Assembly (NCBI GenBank): GCA_951406725.2
Contig: OX597827.1
Location: 54,126,001-54,190,000, forward strand
Length of the DNA: 64,000 nt
Reading direction: 5' to 3'
Source of the DNA: Octopus vulgaris
Lineage: Eukaryota
The notes below the pieces were generated by a model that worked only from the letters and a program-made list of their open reading frames with translations, made no database searches and was not told the origin of the DNA. The position numbers and the translations under genes are program-made. Below are positions 52,591 to 64,000 of the stretch, one piece after another. Position 1 is the first letter of the stretch. Each line of letters begins with the position of its first letter.

Positions 52591-53842
52591 AATTCGTTCC
52601 TTGCTTAATTTGGTTCTTTACCTTGAGTTTTCTGAGAGAGAGAATGGTGACCCTTCCATAAGGTACTTCGGGCTATACCTTATCCATATATAAATCATAA
52701 TTTTTTCTTACCTTAGTTTATATCAAGATACAATACATATACTTCTTAACTTCTTATCTAACTTTCATAAACAGAGGCTGTTTTATTGCTAATCCTTGTG
52801 ATAGCAATCTGGTTAGCGAACAATCTACTGACTACATACCTGCATTTTGAGATGAGTTATTTATGCTTATTACATGTTTTTTTTTTGTCCTTATACTGCC
52901 ACTCCCTTTATCTATTTATTTATTTTTTATTAGTATGTTAGCTAATCATTTTCAGGGGCCATTTATACATTGTTTAAACCCAAAGAAGCATATGTGCATG
53001 TATGTGTGAAAATATGATACTCTAAGAAGAGCAAAGAATAAACTGATTACAATAAAGCTGAGGTGAAATACATAATCAGTTTTTATTATATTATTGACCG
53101 CACATTCAAAGTTTGTTCTTTACATAACAGTTAATGAATTCAATTATGTCTCCTTGCTTTAAACTTTCTCAATACTCTGTTTTCTAACAAAACAGTTTTA
53201 TTGTAGTACATTCTTTGCTCTTTTCAGTAGCCTTTACAAACAATGCCGTCAATGGAGCTTTTTCAACAGTCTAGGTGTGGGAGATAGATATTGCTAACAG
53301 GCATTCTTATTTCCAACACAAATACACTGAAGCATCTGACTGTACTAACCATATTAAAGAACATATGAAGAAATAGTAATTATTGATATCTTTCCTAGAC
53401 ACCTCATATTCATGATCAAAACAGAAATAACTTGATGCCGTTTTCAATGACATTAACAGAAGTGTGTGTTGGTGTCTAATTACTAAAAATTTTAACTAAT
53501 GTACCACTGGGAGCTTTAAACAAAGAAAATTAAAAAAACAACTTTGTTGTGTGTTCTATAGAAGAAAAGTTTTAAGAAAATGTCTAATACTTGCCTTTAA
53601 TAGACAAAGGATAACTGGGAACTGAAAGCAGACAGTGCTCATAGTTTACCAAGATCCTATTTTTGCTTATCTTGAATTCCTTTGAAGAAGTCTTTTAGTC
53701 CCCAATTTGAGTGACATTCAGAAGAATAAATGAAAAATATATAATCATAAGCTTCAATGTTAAGGAAAATATCTCTATGATTTTTTCATTGAAAGAGCAG
53801 TTATGGTGAGGAAGTGAAATTGCAGATAATACTTTATTATTA

Positions 53843-54138
53843 TTCTTTCACTTGTTTCAGTCATTTGACTGCAGCCATGCTGGAGCACCGCTTTTAGGCA
53901 AGCAAATTGACCCCAGGACTTATTCTTTGTAAGCCTAGTACTTATTCTAATGGTCTCTTTTGCTGAACCACTAAGTTACAGGGATGTAAACACACCAGCA
54001 TCGGTTGTCAAGCGATGTTGGGGGGTGAAGACAAACACAGACATACAAACACACACATACAATGTGCTTCAGTGGGACTGAACCTAGAACTATGTGGTTG
54101 GTAAGCAAGCTACTTATCACACAGCCACTCCTGCACCT
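53843..54138 (-). mobile_element. SINE family A with internal deletion
   Basis: Tail and head are both well conserved, but the CORE-like segment between the (CA) tract and the B-box is missing. Confidence 0.92.
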
Positions 54139-54351
54139 GTTATTTATTTCTATTTTATTTTCTTTTTTTCTTTTCAATGAAATATTTTATTAGTTTATGT
54201 CTTTCTTTCACTTCATGGGTGGGTTGCTAGAGTTAAGAAGAAATTAAAAAGTGATAGAAAATCCTCATGGTTTCAATGTATGCTTCTCAGAAGGTAAAAA
54301 AAAGCAAAAAACAATGATAAACCCTGAATTATATTTTCCCTTACTTTTCAG

Positions 54352-54486
<135 letters not shown>

Positions 54487-56429
54487 TGATGATTGTTTCC
54501 CTGCTCTAATTTAAGCTGTCAGTTTGCTTGCATGTTCTACCAGGTTAAGGAAATTCTCTGGAAGTTCTCTTTTGCCCCTTGTCTGCTTACCAGCTAAGTA
54601 TTCTTTAAACATTTTTTTTACATGGTTTACTATTTGTATTTTCGAGTTTCTGTCTTATCAAGCTGATCTTTTAAATGGTGGTGGAAAGTTGTTGTCTTTA
54701 TCATTTTTTTATTTTATTTTATGTTCCTCATCTTCTCTCTTGCTGTCTCACTCACTCTTTATCAGATTTACTCTCATAAACCCCTCCACACACTGTTGAT
54801 ATTGCCAGGATCTTTTTCCAGCCATCAGTGAGGCCTCACTGACATTGTCATCACCATGATATTATTTCATCAAACCTGAAAAAGAGGGACTGGATGGGAG
54901 AGAGAGGAAGGAAAGGGAAAAAGAGAGATGGTAGGAATAACAATAATGTGAGCTGATGGCAAATGTTTGATAACTGATTGAGAAAGATGTGTAGTCTGAT
55001 TTTATACAATCTTAAATGTTTTGATTTTTTTTTTCTTGATGGTTAGGTGGTTTGTTATTCAGTATAGTGTAAAGATATGTCTGGTTACTTTGGTAACTAC
55101 TACAAAAATCTTAACAGATTAATGTTCAAGAGAATATGAGATAAGATACACTTCTTAAATGTTTAAAGATTTACATTTATCTCCTGGTGATAGGTGGGTG
55201 GCTATATAAAGTCAGACATAATATAACAACTATCATCATTAACAATGCTATAATATAATGTTATATTATTAACATAATATAGCAATCATCATGTTCCATG
55301 CTGGCAAGTAATTGAAGGAAGGATGATATATTCAAATGCTTTCTCTCAGCCTTCTGGCCTTATAGGAGACAGATTTATGGCATTCAGGTGCTCTTACTCT
55401 AGCTTCTGGTTTATAGGAGAAAGATTTAAGTCCAACATTACAAGCTAGAAAAAAAAAAAATCACTTCTTAGTTACGTTGGTCAACTTGTCACAGCAACAA
55501 CTACTGCTTGTATTTAGAAAAATGTATTTCACCAAATGTATTGATTCAGATTGAACTAGCATATTCTTCGATGCTAACTCAGTTCAAGAAATGAACTGAC
55601 CCAAACTTATTCTCTGCTTAAATTAAGCTATTATTGAGAAAAAAAGGACACTTGGCATTTTATTTCGTCAACCCTCTCCTGCTAAGCAGAATATAATGAA
55701 CATAGTGCTTCCAAATCACTTATCAGTTGTATCAACTTTACAGCCACATGCCATTGTAACTCCAGCAGCTATGACATGTGCTGTACATTCCTTTCAATAA
55801 CTTAGCATGCAGTTAAATGACCCTTGACTATTATGAAAGAGAAGGTTGTCTAAAGTTTACCGAAACTGTACGAAAACACCCATTTTGTCAAAATGAACGA
55901 TAGCTTTATAGCTGCAATGGTTGCAGCTTTGGCATCTGTTACAAGCTGCACATTCTTTCAATAAAACTTGATTAGATGCATCATCTTCGCTAGCACAAAC
56001 TATTGCAGCTTCAGCAGCTTTTACCATTCACACATCCTTAGAAAGATTATCAGGAACACAGAAACCAACAGCAAAAAAAAAAAGGAATCTCTTTCTCATA
56101 CAGAATTCTCTTTTAAGCTAGTCTAAAATATTAGACATCATGAAGCTGTAACAATAATAATCTGCCAAATTCCCTGAAAAAAAATAATTATTGCTAGGTA
56201 ACTGCCCAAAACTGGTACTTAATTTATCAACTCAGAGGAAGAGAGGAAAAGTTAATCTCAGCAGAACTTGAATTCAAAACACAGGGTAATAAGAACATCA
56301 AAGTAGCTGTCAGCCTTTTCCTTGTAAAAATTAAATATGATACACTACTGACAGGTATTAAGTGATCCTTTAATTTAATGTTTGACTGTTTTTATAAATA
56401 ACAATGCATAATAATAAACATTAAGAAAT

Positions 56430-56477
56430 ACGTGTGTGTGCACGTGTGTGTGCACGTGTGTGTGCACGTGTGTGTGC
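56430..56477. repeat. 12-bp tandem repeat (CACGTGTGTGTG) x about 4
   Basis: Direct reading. Confidence 0.9.
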
Positions 56478-57849
56478 CTCCATATTTATTACAAGCTAGA
56501 GATGAATTTCAGTCATTACATTGCCAAATGTTCAAATGGCTCATTTGATAAATGATTTATTTGAACAACTGTTGATGTGAAAAATCAGAGTTATAATTCT
56601 AGAAATTTCAACTCCTAATACATTAGATAACATTCTACTTTAAACATTTTTCCTGTATGTAGACAGAAATGTTCCCTAATAAATGTTAGTGGGTGTATAC
56701 CCACACATGCATATACAAGAGACAGAAAAATGTGTTTGTTCATGTGTACAATAAGATCATTCTAAGATACCTTATTAATAGTCATGTTTTCCCTTCTCAC
56801 TGTAACCAGTAATAAACATTGCCAACTTTTAATTAGGTTCATGCATTTCAAATAAAGAAGTGGCAAAGAAATATATTTTGTAATAAGCTGTTGTAGTTTT
56901 CTTGTAAAGAAGCTTTTGTTCTTTGATGTACAGTAACCATATTGTTCCAAAATTAACACAGTACAAGGCCAACTTTGAGAAGTTGGTAAACAATTTCCTC
57001 TGATGACTGAGCTATTGTCAACCGAGAACGAAAACATTGCAGCCTTTTGTAAAATTGTCCTTCAATTATTTTTCTTTCTATTTTTTTTTTAAATTCCATT
57101 TTAAGATAATCATATCTTTCTATGTGTTGTTTTTATTGCCATTACGTAACCCCTGCTGGTTTTTGAGTGTTGTTTATATTGGTGGAGAGAAAAACGAGGC
57201 TTTGTTGTAGCTTTTATTTTTTTGTTAGGAAACTGGAAATCTCAATAGAGAAATATTTTAATTAGAATTTGTATTATATGTATAGGTTAAACAATCGAAT
57301 TTATGTGATGCTTTTACTTTCTCATAATAGTAATACTAACTGAAATCATTCATGGTGGTAGAGTGGGGATTTGGGTAGCAATCTGGAGCAAAATTTATTT
57401 TATGTTTCTGGCTCAGTCTTCCTTTGAATTATGATATACTTTCATAGAAATGAGATGGTATTTCTCTGAGAAATGCATCCCACAAGGTGGAGTGGCTGCA
57501 GCATCAAATGTCACTGACCACTTTCTGTGGCAACACCATCGCACATGACTGCAGGGTGCAGCTGAGCATACCATTTGTTCTGGGGTGTGTGACCCATTGC
57601 TCCCTCCTCCACATCTGCTGCTCACCCATCTCCCACATTTTTTCTTTCTCTGTTTCTTTGTTTCCTTGTAATTATATTGTGATAAATAAATATTCATATT
57701 GTGTCTAGGGAGAATCATTACACCAATATCAATATCCCTAGATACAAGAAAATTTGTTTCACACACAAATTCACATAAAAAATATTTCAAACCAAATACA
57801 AAAATGAGGTAAATATTCATGATTTAGATAAAAAAAAATTTTTTTCACA

Positions 57850-58222
57850 GGCATAGGAGTGGCTGTGTGGTAAGTAGCTTGCTTACAAACCACATATGGT
57901 TCCAGGTTCAGTCCCATTGCGTAGCACCATGGGCAAGTATCTTCCAGCCAAAGCCTTGTGAGTGAATTTGGTAGACGGAAACTGAAAGAAGCCCATTGTA
58001 TATATGTGTGTGTGTTTGTGTGTCTGTGCTTGTCTCCATCCCCAACATCGCTTGACAACCGATGGTGGTGTGTTTACATCCCCATAACTTAGCGGTTCAG
58101 CAAAAGAGACCAATCAAATAAGTACTAGGCTTACAAAGAATAAGTCCTGGGGTCGATTTACTTGACTAAAGGCGGTGCTCCAGCATGGCCACAGTCAAAT
58201 GACTGAAACAAGTAAAAGAGTA
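57850..58222 (+). mobile_element. SINE family A, near full length, young
   Basis: GGCATAGGAGTGGCTGTGTGGTAAG (A box), GGTTCAGTCCC (B box) ... GGCCACAGTCAAATGACTGAAACAAGTAAAAGAG. Confidence 0.95.
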
Positions 58223-58608
58223 TCAAGACTGTTTTAGAATATTTTGTTGATATTTGTTCCCAATTTTCTTTGTGTACCATGTATCTAGGGTTGTGCATAT
58301 TGACCTTTATATGTAATCATTTAAACAATTATCTTCTATACTGCTGTCACCCAGGAAGATGATCTAAGTCTGTCTCGAAATGGTATTTACCAACATTTCT
58401 CTAAAAGCAACCGTACTACACTGATATTTACTGATTTGCTAGTATATGCATCATATATATTTCAATTTATAAATCATTAAACTATGCTGGTTCATTTTTT
58501 CTTGTTTGAAAATTTCCCATTTTCTTACAGAAATATATATTTGATATGTAATGTAATTTGAAATTTTTACCAACATATTTAGTATACTTTTAAAGGTCAA
58601 CATTTTGG

Positions 58609-58644
<36 letters not shown>

Positions 58645-61439
58645 CAATTATTGATTTCTTTTGGAAAATCAGATGTGACAGAAAGATCTGCAGAGTTTGT
58701 AAGCAACAACTATGGCTGGTTTTCATGATTTACTATGTTGAAGAGTATGTGTGTATATAAATATATTTTTATGTGTATTTGTGAATATGTATGTTTTCTT
58801 GTAGTTTTCTTTGGTTTCATATCATATTTTCCTTAAACAAATCGCAGGTATAACTAAATACTTGAAATATAAACTTTATTAATAAAATTTCTATTGCAGA
58901 TGCTTTTTTAGGCAAGTGAACTCCATAACTTATCAACTTCCTAGAAATAAAACTATTGACAATTCCATCATTCAATACTGCTAGCTTGAAGCAAACCAAC
59001 CTATAAATATTCTACAATTCATAATATCAGTACAGAATATATTGAAAACATTCATCAAACAGTTCTTCACTTTTTTTTTTTTATTTTTTATCTTTTTCTG
59101 TCTGGTTGATATACTGATATTTTGAAGTTTTGAGGTTTTATCAGTACCTGAAGAATCTCATTCATTCTCCTACTCCAACCTTCAGCATATATAAATTCTC
59201 AAATCAGATATATTGCCACAGCTATATAAGAAACAATTAAACAACTTGAGTCTTGAACTGCTTTCCTTAATATTTAGATTACTTTTTTTTTCTTTTAACA
59301 TTCTTCAGGTTTTGAGTTCAAGTCAATTGGATTGATTATTGATTACATAACTTTCTCTCTTACATAATACCAGATGTTCATCTATTTTCCTTTTTTCTTT
59401 TTCTTTTTGAAAAAATAAAGAATAAACATTGAAGAATACTCAAAATTAAAAGAAAGAAAATATGAAATGGGTTTCTCTGGATTTACTTACTGTTCATGTT
59501 GTCATGATTTGTTTTAGTATTATTTGTTACCTTTTGAAATGAGGTTTATATTTGTCTGAACTGCTAATACTAATTACAATTCCAAGTTCATTCATAAAGG
59601 ATATTTAGTGGGTATTTCTCCCTCCAATTTTTAACATTCTGCCCAATTGATAAATATTTATGACAATTCATCAAAGTATTTTCTTTTTACTTTTTCATAT
59701 TTCATTGGTAAATTTCAAGATTTATAGTTCCATACTTTTAAAACTGAACCTTTTCTAGAAAAAGTATTTTGCATCATACTTTTGGAAATGGTTAAGGCAG
59801 TAGATAACTAGATTTAATTGGAAATAGGTATCTGATTTCGTGTTATGTTTTCTGGTTCAAATCCTATTTTCATTTCTCTGGAACCAATAAAATTAATTTC
59901 AATGTTATTATTTTGATAGACTTTTGTTCATTATATTCCCTCTCCAACAAAAATTGGCATTGTATCTAGATAAACTTAACTGAAATATGTTAATAATGAG
60001 GAGTGTGAAATGGCTGTAATATAATTGATATCTTCTCTATGTATATCCAATTACTTTTTACAAATATCATTAGTATTCAATTTTCTTTATGTTTAGGAGT
60101 TTTTATCTAAGGTCACCTTATCTTATTTGGTTCTAATTGATATCTCAAGAATAAAAAACACCATAAATGCAAAACTATCCTAGTCAAAGTTATATTATTA
60201 TTTCAGTGCTATTTTCTTAAGTTATGCCTATGTATAAGTTTACATCAGTGTGTGCTAAGTGAACTGCACACCCATTAGTCTTCTTATTTTGCTCATTCAG
60301 ATATCTGCTGTTTCCTTCCTTACTCTAGCTAAATATATCTGTCCTCCACAGTTCTCATATCTCTAACAAATGTTTATATTTTTTTGTAACTGTTACACCA
60401 ACCTTGGCATTCTACCATCATAATATTCACTTACTGTTTGAATCTTTGCTCCATCCCCAAACCTACTTCAAGTTATGCAAGTAGCAATTTCTGTGACTAC
60501 CATACTGTTTCCAATTCTTTTAAGAAATTCAAACTTTTATGTTTTGCTTCATACATACATGCATATGTGTGTGTGTGTGTGTCGCACTATTTCATTATAT
60601 ACTGAAAATTATTTCTTGTTTGCCCAAAGTTAGTGTGAAAAATAGCTGAATAACTTGCCTCATAGAGTGTGACAAATCGTACTTTTGTCTTTCCATTTAA
60701 GTAAATATTGTAAGCAGTATGAACAAGATTTTATGAAATAAGGCAACATCCTTGGCAACAAAATTTAGATTAAAATGATTTATTGAAATGAATTGATGAG
60801 TAAAACTTGCTGCTAGGTTGAAGCAATTGGTTACCTTCTGTATAATATGAATTTCATACTACAGCAATATTAATGATTCATGGTGGAATTAAAATGGGAA
60901 TAACAGTGTTCATGCTTTTTTTCCAAGAGCATTTGTTGTATAAATGTTAAGAAATCAAGAAATGATTTCAGGTGAGAATTGAAAGCAGATTGCAAACTTA
61001 AATTACAAATACCTTACTATTACTTGGTGGCATTAACACTAAATTTGAACACTAATGAACAAATTATTAATCTTTATCAATTTTTTCAGTTGTTAAGTAC
61101 AACTTGCCCAAATATTTTATGATCAAAGTTTGCTAAGACCATTGTATTACATAGTTAGACAAACGACATAATTCTACTTACCCCAGTAAAGCTAACTGAA
61201 AAAAAAAAAGAAACTGTTTTTACTTAGTAACTGTTGAGTGTTTTGTTTTAGGAAGTGTGTCTAGTTTTAGAAACAGCCCAACAATGTCTTAATTTAGAGT
61301 TACATTTAGTTTAGGCTAGCAGCAAAAATGGTTGTGAAGAAAAAGAAAGCTTGCTTTGTAAAACTGGAAATATTTAAATGCTTACAACTTCTGTAAATGG
61401 CATTAAACTTTTTTTTTATTTTGGTGTTTTGGAAGAGTA

Positions 61440-62010
61440 GTATTTAGTTACATCCTTTATGTTCTGCTTTTGAGGCCTTTCATTTTACCAGAACCATTAA
61501 GTACCAGTAGTATATCAGGAGCCAAGTCGGTTAACTGTAACTCTCCACTTTGTGACTTTATGCCAACATAAGAAATTATTATGATATAGTGAACAGTGCA
61601 ACAAAGTCTGTTTGTTTGACCCACTCTCTACTCCTGATAATTTTACTTTTTATGTTAACACTCTTATGAAACTTGAATATCACATCATCCTATTTTCCTT
61701 TTCTGAATGTGTGAGGAAAGGAAGGAATGTAAACTAATACTGAAAGAGTAATCAGTGTGAAAATCTTCAGACTGGCATATGAACTTTAATTTGGAACTAA
61801 ACAGAATCACTGAAATCCAGATAATTCCTTTCCTCTAAGAATTATGTTTGTAAAAAGAATCCAGTCAATCTTAAGTTTCTTAGTTCTCAGTTTTGCTTGG
61901 TTCATTTTTGATTGTCCACTCTACAAAGTTGATAAAATAAGTACCAGTAATATGCAAGTGAATTGATTTAACTGAGTCTCTTTTACTGGGGTTGTGCCTG
62001 AACAAAAGAA
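61440..62010 (+). mobile_element. Two degenerate SINE family B fragments (about 61440-61580 and 61880-62010)
   Basis: GCCTTTCAT..TTAAGTACCAGTA and GTTGATAAAATAAGTACCAGTA cores. Confidence 0.55.
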
Positions 62011-62130
62011 ATTTCTGTTATGAGAACTAGAGTGATGGAAAATGCAATGGATATTTAAAGTATCAAGTTTTCTATCCGACAATGGTCAACTGTAATTTCT
62101 TCTCTGTTGAAGACATTAATATCTGTGACA

Positions 62131-62290
62131 TACCATAAATCCTTGAGTATAATCCGCACTTTTTTCCCCAAATTTAAAGGTCAAAATCCGTAGTGCATAC
62201 TATATATGAGGTTAAAAACGAAAATTATCTTCTAAGCAAAGTCCGAGTCTCTATTTGCTGTCCGGCAATGTTTATTCAGACACATTTAGA
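62131..62290 (+). mobile_element. Tc1/mariner (Tc2/pogo-type) DNA transposon end
   Basis: TA-CCATAAATCCTTGAGTATAATCCGCACTTTTTTCCCCAAATTT..TAGTGCATACTATAT resembles Tc2-type TA|CCGTA...TATAA..CGCAC termini. Second TIR not seen. Confidence 0.6.
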
Positions 62291-64000
62291 AATCAGTAAC
62301 CATATTGCTTGTTTAGCTAAGTGGTCCCATGATTTAGAAAATAAGAACTAGAATACAACTGTTAGGTGTCTCACAGACAATAATAGTTTCTTATATTGTC
62401 ACAAATCTTCTGATTTATATGAAGGGTGACAGTTGCTTGAATTGACTGCAGTATATTTATGTTTTGTATTTTATAAATGCTCATGGAAACAAAAGGCAAA
62501 GTCTAACTTGTTAAGATTTAAACTCAGAAAATATTTAGTGAGACAAAACTGTATTCTGAATGTTATTTGATCTAGTTAAGATAACAGTACTATAGAGGGT
62601 AATGAATTCCTGTTTACTCTACAATAGATTTGTTATTGTTTTTGTAAGCTCACAATGTATTTAAATATCTACTGTTAAAATACTGAACTGTACCTCCTCA
62701 TATAGTTTATCTTATAGCTAGGCAAACTTAACAAATGAGTTTAGTGGCTTTGGTACAGTAATGGTGCTCCTTTAGCTTGGAGGTTGATTGCATAAGGGTC
62801 TTGACACTAATTAAATAACAACAAAGTTTTTTATTTACAACCTATATTGCCAATATGATAGAATATCAAAGAAAAGTGTGCTTGGTGGAACCCATCTTAG
62901 TAAGGTGAAGTTTTAGATACAAATTATGAGGGAATATTAATATCTTAAGCTAACAACTGAAAATCAGGTTATACACTCAGTCAGCCTGAATATTACATCA
63001 TCACTGCAGTCATCAAGTTAAAAGGATGCAGAGAGTACTTGCAGTTAATGTTACAATAACAAACAAAAAAAAAATGTAAAATAAAAATAATAAATTTTCC
63101 TAAAATTTGGTAATTCATTTTAAACAACTGTTGAAATATTATTTTCTTTCCATTTCCTAAAAATAAAGAAACATCAAAAATATTCCCTACTCTTGTAATA
63201 TCAACTGATGTTGAAAATATAAACAAATATGTAATTTTATCAAAATTACTAGAGATAAATTCTATCAGTCGTGCTAATTTCATTTGAGATATTTCCAAAA
63301 CCACACACATAAAACGCATGTTGGCTTCCTTCAGTAGCTTAAATACATCAAATATTATAGCATCTCTTCAACCTTTAATAATTCCAATGAGTCTATGTTA
63401 AATAAATAAACATTTACAGTTAGGTAGTATAGTGGTACTTGATAAGGTGAGTGTTTTATATTAAATCATTTATGGGCATTATGATCATTTATCATACCTG
63501 CTGCAACTTTTTTTGACTGTGCCTCTGTGCAAGGCATTTAATTCTACATTACCTCAGTTAATCAAGCAAGAGATTCAGTCCAAGCTTGTCTGAGAAAAAT
63601 GATGGATGATAATGATGATGACAGTGGTGGTGGCGGCTGCTGCCATTGCCGACAAGTGCCACACCCAGAAGATTTCACCTCTTAATGCTACAGAAATGAA
63701 AATTTCATACTTTTGCCTAACTGATATGAGAAAAATTTTAAAACAAATATGTAAGCAATGTACATTTGTGTTTGTACATGCACACGCATTCATATGTACA
63801 TGTGAATATAATATAATATATATATGTGCACACACACACACACACATATACACTTAACACATATACATCAAGAAAACTTGCCCTAACATGTTTATATGTG
63901 ATGAGTTTATAATGGCTAAAATCTTAGGTGAGTATGGTGATGCAAATGTCTCGGTAGATGACAATGAACTTAGTGTGGAGAAAAAGATGTTAACCCTTTC

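Noticed and set aside
57850-57925. tRNA-like A and B boxes (also in SINE B heads)
   Set aside because: These are SINE heads continuing into SINE bodies; no complete cloverleaf.
58672-58745. Possible exon reading CDRKICRVCK (zinc-finger-like) with GTAAGC/GTATGT donors
   Set aside because: Weak acceptor, ambiguous frame and no partner exons.

Overview
AT-rich eukaryotic non-coding DNA (large intron or intergenic region). The tRNA-derived SINEs, RTE-LINE tails ending in (GAT)n and dense microsatellites match, from memory rather than a search, the repeat landscape of Octopus (coleoid cephalopod) genomes. I found no intact host gene, tRNA/rRNA gene or CRISPR array. Most entries in the ORF track are microsatellite or SINE translations. 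The recognisable content is mobile-element debris: two abundant tRNA-derived SINE families (labelled A and B here) and a third (AAC)n-tailed repeat (C); several RTE-type and CR1/Jockey-type LINE fragments; a Merlin (IS1595/ISXO2-like) transposase fragment; TTAA-flanked piggyBac-type MITEs; hAT-type MITEs; and a Tc2/pogo-type end. The most notable structures are a ~395-bp palindrome built from two RTE 3' tails (32041-32435) nested within inverted SINEs, an ungapped ~56-bp-arm hairpin (682-795), a four-copy head-to-tail SINE stack (50772-51590), a variable-period repeat array in the RTE 3' UTR, and a module shared by the two SINE families. Boundaries of decayed elements are approximate. I cannot support a claim of a new protein-coding system.
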